Shown here piece by piece: positions 19,256-27,923 of a stretch of DNA of 61,326 nt. Each line of letters opens with the position of its first letter. The stretch's first letter is position 1. The notes beneath the pieces were generated by a model that saw nothing but the letters and a program-made list of their open reading frames with translations, had not been told where the DNA came from and searched no databases. Source of the stretch: a virus. Its lineage: Duplodnaviria; Caudoviricetes. The position numbers and the translations under genes were made by a program. The stretch is from positions 1-61,326 of IMG/VR virus record IMGVR_UViG_3300027896_002454; one strand, 5' to 3'.

Positions 19256-20395
19256 TTATTTTTTAAATACTTCATTCAACATATTTTCGAAAATTGTGTC
19301 TACTTTCAATTTTCTAAATATTTTTCTTTGTTCTTCTATCATATCTTGCTTTTGTTCAAAAGACTGTGATTTAAATTCTTCTAATTTTTTGAATACATCT
19401 TCTTTACATGAAACTATATTATCTTTTAAAATATATTCTTCGATTGTATTAATAGCCTTATCTGCCAATAACGGACAACCAACCATTACAGCTTCATGAA
19501 ATCCACCAGTTATATGACCATAATCTTCAGCCCATTTTGGTATAACTTTGCATGTTGCTAAAGCTTTATTTAATGTATCAAATCCCCAGTATTGAGCTAT
19601 AGGACCTTTTAATACATCTTTTGAATATTTTTCTGCGTATTTTTTAGTATTTAACCATTTTTCCCAATTACCATATATTTCAACTTTATATTCTGGATAT
19701 GTAGTTGCAAAATTGAAAAAGAATTCAATCATTTTTTCTCTTCTATCATAATCATGACCAATATAAACATAATCGTGAGTTCTATTATAAGCTGGAATTA
19801 ATTGCCATTCTTTAGATTCGTCATATGGTAAAGGAAAGAATAATTGATTTGGAAAATTCTTTTTCTTATATCTTGTCGCAACATATATATCTTTTGCTAT
19901 ATCAAATCCTAAAGCATGTGAAAATCTTGGTAATATCTTTTCTGTATGGTTATCATCATCTAATAATATAACTGGAATCTTATCTTTATAAGCTAACATA
20001 AGCATTAATTTATATGTAAAAATAGGAAATAAAGGATATCCAGCATTATCGATTATCAATAAATCTAATTTTGGCCATTTATATTTTTTAACATCTTTTT
20101 GTAATTTGATCCAAGATTCTTCTAAATTTATAGAACCGTCTAATGAAACCCATTGTATTTTAAAATTGCTTGGACTAAAAAATGTAGATTTAGATAAACA
20201 ATCAAATATTTTTCCTTTATGCCAAGCTCTTTTATCATTCATTACAACTATTTCATGACCCGTTCTATTAAGATAATCTAATTGTAACTCTCTATACCAA
20301 ATCGAAGATTCTATTTTTCCGTTCTTTTGAACAGTGTTGCCCTCGTCTCTAGAGAGAGCGCCATATGTATAATATCCTATGACCATTGATACCAT
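19256..20395 (-). CDS. GT-B glycosyltransferase, T4 beta-glucosyltransferase-like
   Basis: YVYIGHDYDRREKMIEFFF..VEIYGNW..GPI..HITGGFHEAVMVGCPLLAD resembles BGT YGGSFRSGQRESKMVEFLF..IEFFGN..GKIP..ITLRVWETMASDAVMLID. Confidence 0.75.
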   Translation of the reverse strand: MVSMVIGYYTYGALSRDEGNTVQKNGKIESSIWYRELQLDYLNRTGHEIVVMNDKRAWHKGKIFDCLSKSTFFSPSNFKIQWVSLDGSINLEESWIKLQKDVKKYKWPKLDLLIIDNAGYPLFPIFTYKLMLMLAYKDKIPVILLDDDNHTEKILPRFSHALGFDIAKDIYVATRYKKKNFPNQLFFPLPYDESKEWQLIPAYNRTHDYVYIGHDYDRREKMIEFFFNFATTYPEYKVEIYGNWEKWLNTKKYAEKYSKDVLKGPIAQYWGFDTLNKALATCKVIPKWAEDYGHITGGFHEAVMVGCPLLADKAINTIEEYILKDNIVSCKEDVFKKLEEFKSQSFEQKQDMIEEQRKIFRKLKVDTIFENMLNEVFKK

Positions 20396-20586
20396 CCGAA
20401 TATGTTAGAAATTAAAAAAACTACCCATAATGTTATGCTTGCTTTTTCTTTTTTGTCCATAAAATAACTTATCCATAAAAAATTACTTAATATCCATACT
20501 GGCCAACAATATATGATTTTATAAGCATTTAAAATTATACCAATTATAGACAATCCTGTTGCTATCCAATCTATTGTTATGTCCAT
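20377..20586 (-). CDS. Small membrane protein, PnuC-like fragment
   Basis: IDWIATGLSIIGIILNA..CWPVWILSN..FGWYQW; start taken at MDIT. Confidence 0.55.
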   Translation of the reverse strand: MDITIDWIATGLSIIGIILNAYKIIYCWPVWILSNFLWISYFMDKKEKASITLWVVFLISNIFGWYQWS

Positions 20587-20587
20587 A

Positions 20588-21508
20588 TTAACCTTTCTGA
20601 TATACAAAATAATCACCTGCAAGATTAAAACCAAAATCGCTTTTATCTAATTGAGTTAAAACTATGTTTCCTTTTACTAAAACGTTTGGTTTCCATTGAT
20701 TTCCCCAAACTATAAATGATAAAGTGTCTATACCATCATCTAATCTAGCTATATAATAAGGTTTGTTATTTTTAGTTGTTTTTTGAACAACATCTACAAC
20801 TTTACCGTATACCATATCGTCTTTAGATTCCCATTCAGATACTTTTTTAAAACCATATTTATCTAATTCACTTCCAGAAAATGTAGAAATACCAGTTATA
20901 TCATAATACCATTTCTCTTTTTCTACTTCATTTGGTTCTGGAATGCTAATAGATCTATCAACTTTTTTTCCGTTAGCTAGCCAATATAACAATAGATTTC
21001 TATTATACTCTAAGCTATCTAAAGCACCTGTTTTCATTAAACAATCTACAACTTTTTTATTTACTTTGCTCCATTTTATTTTTGATGCAAAAAATTCTTC
21101 CATTGTATTGAATGGACGATTATTCTTTATTTCTTCCCAAGCTTTCTCTCCAAATGATTTTATTACTTTTAATCCAATTCTAATTTTTCCATCATCTATC
21201 TTAAAATTAAAATCTGACTTATTTATATCTAGCGGAAGTATTTCAATGCCATTTCTTTGAATTAATTTTATATAATGAGGAACTTCGTCAACACCAGCTA
21301 ATGTCAAAAGACTTGTATAATACTCTAATGGATAATAATTTTTAAGATATAATGTTTGTATAGCCAAATATGCATATGAAAAACTGTGAGAATTTGAAAC
21401 GCAGATGTCATTAGCAAAAAACCAATGATTAGGATTTTCTAATTCTAAATCATAAGTTGGATGTGTACCGGCTTCTTCTATTTCTATTATTTTTTCGTAT
21501 TTAGTCAT
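20588..21508 (-). CDS. dnaE: DNA polymerase III alpha C-terminal part preceded by split-intein C fragment
   Basis: Intein end YDLEL..FFANDICVSN then SHSFSYAYL, YLKNYYPLEY, LPLDINKS, GLKVIKSFG, GALDSL, OB fold. Confidence 0.93.
   Translation of the reverse strand: MTKYEKIIEIEEAGTHPTYDLELENPNHWFFANDICVSNSHSFSYAYLAIQTLYLKNYYPLEYYTSLLTLAGVDEVPHYIKLIQRNGIEILPLDINKSDFNFKIDDGKIRIGLKVIKSFGEKAWEEIKNNRPFNTMEEFFASKIKWSKVNKKVVDCLMKTGALDSLEYNRNLLLYWLANGKKVDRSISIPEPNEVEKEKWYYDITGISTFSGSELDKYGFKKVSEWESKDDMVYGKVVDVVQKTTKNNKPYYIARLDDGIDTLSFIVWGNQWKPNVLVKGNIVLTQLDKSDFGFNLAGDYFVYQKG
21392..21508 (-). mobile_element. Split intein C fragment (39 aa)
   Basis: Blocks F/G TYDLEL..HWFFAND..VSN; +1 extein residue Ser. 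Confidence 0.9.
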
Positions 21509-21534
21509 TTTAATAATTTTTCATATACAAATTT

Positions 21535-22011
21535 TTATTTTTTTAATACTAATTTTGGAACTTTTATGCCATTTTCTTCTTTCCACTTTACATCAAACAT
21601 TTCTAAAAACACATCTGCATTATAAGAACAATTTTTTGCTTCAATAGCAAATGTTTGAAACGCTATTTTGTTAGAGTTTGCTGTTGCTAAAGTAGATGCA
21701 ATTTTCATACAAATATTAAAATCTTCATTTTCGTATAATTTATCTTCTGCGACGTTGTTTAAAAATTTTCGTTTTAAATCATACATATCTCTTAAATTTT
21801 TGATAAAAACATCTATTTTTTCTTTATTATATGCGTCTGGTCGTTGATAACTATTATTTTTACTATTATTAATGTTAATAATAATTTGTGCTATAGAATA
21901 AAATAAAAGACCAGCAAATACGCAAATCATTAAAAACATGCTATCAAATATTGCTGCAAGAAACAACAATAGTATTCCTTGTATATATACAATTGAATAG
22001 TTGTTAGTCAT
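21535..22011 (-). CDS. Membrane-anchored paralog of 11801..12136
   Basis: Two N-terminal hydrophobic segments followed by the shared domain. Confidence 0.7.
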   Translation of the reverse strand: MTNNYSIVYIQGILLLFLAAIFDSMFLMICVFAGLLFYSIAQIIININNSKNNSYQRPDAYNKEKIDVFIKNLRDMYDLKRKFLNNVAEDKLYENEDFNICMKIASTLATANSNKIAFQTFAIEAKNCSYNADVFLEMFDVKWKEENGIKVPKLVLKK

Positions 22012-22067
22012 ATTAAAACCTTTCTAAATTATTAGTATAATATAATACATTTTTCGTTCAAAGTAAA
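22009..22067 (-). repeat. Promoter-RBS-ATG cassette, copy 2 (promoter at 22039-22067)
   Basis: 56/59 nt identical to 19188-19246; TTTACT-N17-TATATT, AGAAAGG RBS. Confidence 0.9.
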
Positions 22068-22070
22068 CAA

Positions 22071-22289
22071 TTATTCATATTTTTTAATATTTTCAAGAAG
22101 TTTAGTAAGATGTCTTTCATATTCGTCATACACTTTTTGATTAACTTCTTCAATTGGAATTTTTAATTGTTCAGATGCTAAAGCTACAAGCATATCTTTT
22201 ATTGCAAAAATACAAGCTAACAAATGTGCATTAATTTCATCTGGTGATTGTGTGTTAAAATTTATATTAATTTCATTTTGCGTTGACAT
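22071..22289 (-). CDS. Hypothetical protein
   Basis: ORF with AAAGGA RBS. Confidence 0.6.
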   Translation of the reverse strand: MSTQNEININFNTQSPDEINAHLLACIFAIKDMLVALASEQLKIPIEEVNQKVYDEYERHLTKLLENIKKYE

Positions 22290-23121
22290 TAGCGTTTCCT
22301 TTTATTTTGTTTATCACTTCTTCTTTATTGTTTTTGAAATCGCTTTCCCAAATTCTTATCACAATATAATTTTGATTTTTTAAATAACTATCTTTACGTT
22401 TTTGATTTTTTACATTTTTATTTTGAACTTCTGACAATCGTGTGTGGCCTCTTTTTTTCATCCATTCTGGATTTGCATGCCAATAATCACCGTCAAATTC
22501 TATACAAATATTTGGCTCTATGAATACATCTACTGTATAATATCCTATTTGTTTATTTAATTCTGCATTATTATAAAATGACTTTATGTATTCATAAAAT
22601 TCTAATTGAACTTTGCTCGTTTTACTAAACTCGCCATTTGCAATTCTTGCAGATGTTTTTGCTCTTTGAATATTTTTTGACTCTTCTGTGTGCTTATGAC
22701 CGGTATGACCATGAACTTTTCTTTTTTTAGCACTATTTGATAATCTTTTTCTTAATTCTGTTGCTTTTTCATCTCCCATTATTTGCTCTAATGTTCCTCT
22801 TTTTTTACCTTTAAGAGCTTTTCTTATGTTTTCTCCCCATTGTTCTTTATCTTTAACTTTATGAACAGGATTATTTTCTCCCATTCTATCTTCTGACATT
22901 TGTTTAAGAGTTTCATTTGTTTCTTTCGTTAATCCAGTGTTCCAAGGCTTATTTCCTTTTTTCCATGTATATGGAGGCTTTTTATCTTTCCAAGGATATG
23001 GGCTACCTTTTTCATTTGTTTTCCATTTTTCATTGTATTCTTTGATAGTTAGATTATGCTTTCTTAAATGTTTCCAAGTCAAAAACTTATACTCATTATT
23101 ACATTCTAAACATTTTGACAT
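22273..23121 (-). mobile_element. Free-standing Vsr/DUF559-like homing endonuclease between dnaE halves
   Basis: CLEC..HLRKH, PWNTGLTKET, GENNP, GHKHTEESK, YTVDVF..IEFDGDYWH..IRIWESD. Confidence 0.85.
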
Positions 23122-23183
23122 TTATTTCTCCATTTTAAGTAAATGTATGTATATTATTAAATATAGAGAAGTTTTAATAAAAG

Positions 23184-25805
23184 TCATGCTATAGTTAAAA
23201 TTTTATCATTGTTTTCAATTATATCTTTTAGCGTTTTTAACCCATTTTTCGTCATTATCTTATGATTTAATGTACATATCAATTGCTTTCCAGACTCTGT
23301 CGTCAACTTATAAACTTCTTTTTTACCATTTATATGTTTATTCTTTATAGTATTATAAACTATATCATTGTTTTTATCAACAGTTTTAATTTTTCGTCCT
23401 ATATCTTTATTAGATATCTTTGATATTTTTTTCTTTTGTCCATTTTCGAATTCGACCTCAGAGTCTCCGTGTAAACATTTGTTAAATGAATATCCACTAT
23501 ACGATTCAATCCATTCAACAATTTTATCTACTTCATCATCAGTCATATCATTGTATGTTTTGATATCTTCTTTCAATTTCTTAATATATGAAGCATATTT
23601 TTCTTGTGCTTTACCTCTATCTAATAATTTTCTACCAGTTTCTGCTTGTGCGTATGAATAACCAGTCAATTTAGAAAGGATATAAATTAAAGTTTCTTGA
23701 TATACTAATATACCATGAGTTGATTTCAAATATTCTTTAAGAATTGGATGTGGTAAATCTATTTTACTCGGGTCATTTTTCCATTCTGCATACCTATAAG
23801 CCATACCATTACCTAACGTAGCAGGTCTATCTAATGCATTGATAGCTCCAATGTCTTCCCAACAGTCTGGCTTGACCTTCTTAATCAATTTTGACACGCC
23901 GGGACTTTCAAATTGAAACACTCCAACATTTTCTGCTTTAGCAAAGTCTTCTATTAATTTTTTATCATTAACATCTATATTATCAATAGCTTCTCTTAAA
24001 TCTATTCCCTTTGTTTGTTTAACAAGAGCCATAGTATACTTAAATAATGTCAAAGTAGACAATCCTAATGCATCAATTTTTAAGATTCCTAAATCTGATA
24101 AAGCTTTATTAGTCCATGATTCTTCAAATCCAGATACAATTTCTCCATGTATTCTATTAATTGGCATATAATTCCAAATTTGTTTTGGAGTGATTACTAT
24201 ACCACCAGCATGAGTTCCAAAATGTCTAATATTATTAAGCATTCTATCTGCATAGTGAACTATATCCTTATTCTCTTCTAGCCAAGTTTCTAATCTTAAT
24301 AATTCATAATGTTTATCTTTTAAAGACTCTCTTGTGTAATCAAGAATATCTTTAACTTTCCATTTTTTAATATCTGGATTAAAATCTGGAATACTTTTGC
24401 ATACAAAATCAACTTCTCCCTTTGATCTATTCAAAACTCTAACTAAATCTCTAAGAACTCCCTTTATTTGATATGTTCCAAATGTTATAACTTTAGTGAC
24501 ATGTTCTCTACCATATTTGTTTATAACATATTCACTTAATTCTTCTCTTCTTTCAGACTCGATATCAAAATCTATATCAGGATTTGCTACTCTTTCAGGA
24601 TTTAAAAATCTTTCAAAATATAAATCATTTACAATTGGGTCAATATCTGTAATACCAATCAAATATGATATCAAACTTCCGGCAGCAGAACCTCTACCAG
24701 TTCCTACTAAAATACCGTTCTTTTTTGCATAATCAATAATATCCCAAATTACTAAAATGTAATCAGTATAACCTTTGCTTACAAGAATATCATATTCGAA
24801 TTTTATTCTTTTTAGATAAATGTTTATTTTATTTTTATCTATTTTACCACTATCTATCTTTTTCTTTAAACCTTCTTTAGTAATTCTTAATATAAATTCT
24901 TCAGGTTTTTCTTCAGTTCCAGTAATATATATTGGAAAATTATTAACTCCAGTTTCTAATTCATAGTTGCACTTATCATTTATTTCTAAAGTATTATTTA
25001 AACAATCATCTATAAATGTTTCATGATAATCATACCCAAATTGAAGATTAAGCTTTTGAAAATCTTCTCTTGTTTGAAAGAAAAGATTTCTTGCATTAAG
25101 TTTCCAAGATTTTTCATCATCAGGATCTGTATTTCTTTTGATAGCGATAACTAAATCTTGAACTCTATCATCACCTCTTTGAGCATAATGGATATCACCA
25201 GTTAAAATTATTTTTGTCTTAGACTTAGTTGCCCAATCTATAAGTTTTCTATTTAATATTTTTTGATCAGATAATTCGTTTAATTGAATTTCTACATAAA
25301 AATCATCATTAAAATTTTCTTTATATTGATATAATAATTGTATTGCTTCTTCATCTTTGTCTTTTCCAAACAACTGATTAATTTCAGATATAGCACAAGT
25401 TGAAGTAACTATAAGACCTTTTCTATTCTTATATAATTCACTTCTTCTAACTAATGGTTTTCTATAAAAAGTCTTAGTAAATGAATCATAATTTAACTTA
25501 TTTGCATTAACAAAACCATCTTTATTTTTAACTAATACAATTTGATGAGATGTCGGAACTTTTAATTCATATGAATCATCAAACATAAAATCATTATATA
25601 AATAAAATTCACAACCAATTATAGGTTTCACACCATTTTTCTTCATAGTAGTGCAGAAATTATATACATTAGACATGTTGCCATGATCTGTAATACACAT
25701 AGCTTTCATGTCATTTTTCTTTGCTAATTCTGCATACTCTTCAATATTACCAGGTGAATCTAATGTAGATGCTGATGTGTGAGCGTGACAATGAACAAAA
25801 GACAT
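23184..25805 (-). CDS. dnaE: DNA polymerase III alpha N-terminal part (PHP + catalytic) ending in split-intein N fragment
   Basis: FVHCHAHT, ITDHG, GRGSAAGS, FERFLNPER, PDIDFD, HAGG, KIDALGL, GVFQFES, YQE, GYSFNK|CLHGDS. Confidence 0.96.
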   Translation of the reverse strand: MSFVHCHAHTSASTLDSPGNIEEYAELAKKNDMKAMCITDHGNMSNVYNFCTTMKKNGVKPIIGCEFYLYNDFMFDDSYELKVPTSHQIVLVKNKDGFVNANKLNYDSFTKTFYRKPLVRRSELYKNRKGLIVTSTCAISEINQLFGKDKDEEAIQLLYQYKENFNDDFYVEIQLNELSDQKILNRKLIDWATKSKTKIILTGDIHYAQRGDDRVQDLVIAIKRNTDPDDEKSWKLNARNLFFQTREDFQKLNLQFGYDYHETFIDDCLNNTLEINDKCNYELETGVNNFPIYITGTEEKPEEFILRITKEGLKKKIDSGKIDKNKINIYLKRIKFEYDILVSKGYTDYILVIWDIIDYAKKNGILVGTGRGSAAGSLISYLIGITDIDPIVNDLYFERFLNPERVANPDIDFDIESERREELSEYVINKYGREHVTKVITFGTYQIKGVLRDLVRVLNRSKGEVDFVCKSIPDFNPDIKKWKVKDILDYTRESLKDKHYELLRLETWLEENKDIVHYADRMLNNIRHFGTHAGGIVITPKQIWNYMPINRIHGEIVSGFEESWTNKALSDLGILKIDALGLSTLTLFKYTMALVKQTKGIDLREAIDNIDVNDKKLIEDFAKAENVGVFQFESPGVSKLIKKVKPDCWEDIGAINALDRPATLGNGMAYRYAEWKNDPSKIDLPHPILKEYLKSTHGILVYQETLIYILSKLTGYSYAQAETGRKLLDRGKAQEKYASYIKKLKEDIKTYNDMTDDEVDKIVEWIESYSGYSFNKCLHGDSEVEFENGQKKKISKISNKDIGRKIKTVDKNNDIVYNTIKNKHINGKKEVYKLTTESGKQLICTLNHKIMTKNGLKTLKDIIENNDKILTIA
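23187..23477 (-). mobile_element. Split intein N fragment (97 aa)
   Basis: Block A CLHGDSEV, GKKEVYKL, block B LICTLNHKIMT, then stop. Confidence 0.9.
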
Positions 25806-25808
25806 TAT

Positions 25809-25901
25809 TTACTTTCTTTTCTTAAAATCGTATATTGCATAAATCATTATACAAATTAATACTAAAAACAAAGTGAAATCTAATGGTTCTGGCATTTTCA
25901 T
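25809..25901 (-). CDS. 30-aa membrane peptide (not in ORF track)
   Basis: MKMPEPLDFTLFLVLICIMIYAIYDFKKRK; TAATG coupling to upstream gene. Confidence 0.5.
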   Translation of the reverse strand: MKMPEPLDFTLFLVLICIMIYAIYDFKKRK

Positions 25902-26242
25902 TATTCTTTCTTATTAGTATCTTCTACTGTTAAATTACTTTGGCTCACAATTTTTACAGGAGGAGCTAGTTGGCCAGCTATACTCATGATCTTCAATCTT
26001 TCCATAGCATAAAATATTCTTTCTATTGCTCCGCAAAGTCTCCAATTCCACACTGTTCTTTTTTCTTTATCTTTACCAGTTGCTATGATAACAAAATCTT
26101 CAATTTCTTCTAATCCTAAAAGTGTTTTAAGATATCCTTTAACTATTTCATTTACGTCGTTATAATAAGCTATTTCTTGTTCTTTAGTCTTTACTTCTGC
26201 TTTAACTTCTTTTGTTTCTTCAACGACTTTTTTCTTTTTCAT
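25901..26242 (-). CDS. Hypothetical protein
   Basis: Coupled ORF. Confidence 0.6.
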   Translation of the reverse strand: MKKKKVVEETKEVKAEVKTKEQEIAYYNDVNEIVKGYLKTLLGLEEIEDFVIIATGKDKEKRTVWNWRLCGAIERIFYAMERLKIMSIAGQLAPPVKIVSQSNLTVEDTNKKE

Positions 26243-26592
26243 TTTATAAACCTTTCATAGTTTTTATTGTTCTTTTTTACAAATTCTTTATATAATTCAT
26301 CTGCGTCCATACCCCATATTAAAGCTAAATTTATAACAAAATGGAATACATCTATTATTTCTTCTTTAATCTTAAATCTATCAGTATCAAAATGAGCTCC
26401 TGTATCTTTCCATTTAACTTCTGATAATACTTCGTGTATCTCGCTAAATAATTGCAACACAGTGTCTTTAGTCAAATTCTGCAAATCTTGTTCAGAGAAT
26501 GCAGCTTTATCTTTTAACAACTTTCCCAAATTTTTATCTAATGCTATTTGGAAATTCTGTTGTCTTTCAAAAATATTATTTAATTTATCCAT
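26239..26592 (-). CDS. Dimeric all-alpha dUTPase/dCTPase (MazG-like, T4 gp56-like)
   Basis: SEIHEVLSEVKWK..KEEIIDVFHF..KKNNKNYER. Confidence 0.8.
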   Translation of the reverse strand: MDKLNNIFERQQNFQIALDKNLGKLLKDKAAFSEQDLQNLTKDTVLQLFSEIHEVLSEVKWKDTGAHFDTDRFKIKEEIIDVFHFVINLALIWGMDADELYKEFVKKNNKNYERFIK

Positions 26593-26788
26593 TTAAAAGT
26601 TTTTTGTTTGGAGAGTTTGGACCTATATTAGATGTAAATACTTGATTACAATCAATGCATTTATATGTATATGTTCTTTCAGATATAATTTCTCCTTTTT
26701 CGTTTACTACAGTAGGAAATTTTTCTTCTGACATTAAAAAGAACTTAGTTGATTTACATCCAGACGTATTACATTTAAGTTTTTCCAT
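26585..26788 (-). CDS. Small zinc-ribbon protein
   Basis: CNTSGC...CIDC. Confidence 0.6.
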   Translation of the reverse strand: MEKLKCNTSGCKSTKFFLMSEEKFPTVVNEKGEIISERTYTYKCIDCNQVFTSNIGPNSPNKKLLNG

Positions 26789-27311
26789 TATTTTCTACCG
26801 AATTTTGTTCTTTAAACTGCTTATCTTTATTTAATGACTCTATTAGATCTTCAGTAGTTTTAATTTTAGTATACATACCATCTAATAGATGAGTAGGCCA
26901 CAATATAGTAATTCTACCTTTTTCATTTATAGTTTTAACACTTGACATTTTCTCATAATATTTTCTAAAAGACGACATCTTAAAATAATATGTAGAATAA
27001 TCATCTTGATAATTTTTATATTTCAATCTAACATATTTTGATTCTGTATTATTAAATAAAGCTTGTGGAATCTTTGTATACATTTTATAATCACCATTTC
27101 TTAAAGTACCACAAACTTTACATTCTATTTTTGTATAATTATATTCTTCTAAAGGAATGATAATATCATAACCAGGATTTAAACCTTCTGCATGAGCAGC
27201 TTCTGGAATATGTTTCTTTATTTCATCTAAAGTTTCTTTAGAAAAGCTATCACCAATTATAGATTGTTCTGAATCTGGATCATAAGTTGATGCTTTTTCT
27301 TCTTCGTTCAC
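26775..27311 (-). CDS. Hypothetical protein
   Basis: ORF with AGGAG RBS and GTG start. Confidence 0.65.
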   Translation of the reverse strand: MNEEEKASTYDPDSEQSIIGDSFSKETLDEIKKHIPEAAHAEGLNPGYDIIIPLEEYNYTKIECKVCGTLRNGDYKMYTKIPQALFNNTESKYVRLKYKNYQDDYSTYYFKMSSFRKYYEKMSSVKTINEKGRITILWPTHLLDGMYTKIKTTEDLIESLNKDKQFKEQNSVENNGKT

Positions 27312-27520
27312 TTAATTTCTCCTATTAAATCTTTTTCGGTTATATCTTTTAATTGTTTAGTCCAAATAACATTTTTATCATCATCTACTAATGAAAACTC
27401 TACATTTTCCCAAAGTTTAGCGCTTCTAACATTAACATTATTTAATTCTTTAATATAATTGATAACATTAACGTTAAAGAATAATTCCATACCTTTTACT
27501 GTTTTATATAAAATTTTCAT
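27308..27520 (-). CDS. Hypothetical protein
   Basis: Likely start MKIL at TAATG overlap (shorter than track ORF). Confidence 0.55.
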   Translation of the reverse strand: MKILYKTVKGMELFFNVNVINYIKELNNVNVRSAKLWENVEFSLVDDDKNVIWTKQLKDITEKDLIGEIK

Positions 27521-27873
27521 TAAAATAATGATATAATAAATGACGCAATTAATAGCATAATATATGTATTTGGAATAAATTGTCCAAACAATTTGAATCC
27601 ACCATAACCACCAGTAACCCAATCTGTTGATTCTAATTGATCATTTTTATTAAAAAGAAAATATGTAATATCTTCTACTAAAATCCATAATGGCACTGCC
27701 CATAAACAATTATAACAAGTTACTAATGATACTAAAAACATCCATATATGATAATTAAAATTAAAAAATCCTAAAAAATCAGCAGGACCAGGATGAAAAC
27801 CATGATCAAATGCATACTGTTCTGTTCTTCCAAATCCTATCGCAGATAACATTGCTAATATAAAATTAGACAT
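27520..27873 (-). CDS. Hypothetical membrane protein
   Basis: Hydrophobic segments; AGGAG RBS. Confidence 0.65.
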   Translation of the reverse strand: MSNFILAMLSAIGFGRTEQYAFDHGFHPGPADFLGFFNFNYHIWMFLVSLVTCYNCLWAVPLWILVEDITYFLFNKNDQLESTDWVTGGYGGFKLFGQFIPNTYIMLLIASFIISLF

Positions 27874-27894
27874 TATATTCTCCTAATTTGTATT

Positions 27895-27923
27895 AATATA
27901 ATAAATTTTTTGTTAAAAATAAA
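27895..27923 (-). promoter_or_regulatory. Sigma70-like promoter TTTATT-N17-TATATT
   Basis: Intergenic match to the repeated promoter consensus. Confidence 0.6.
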
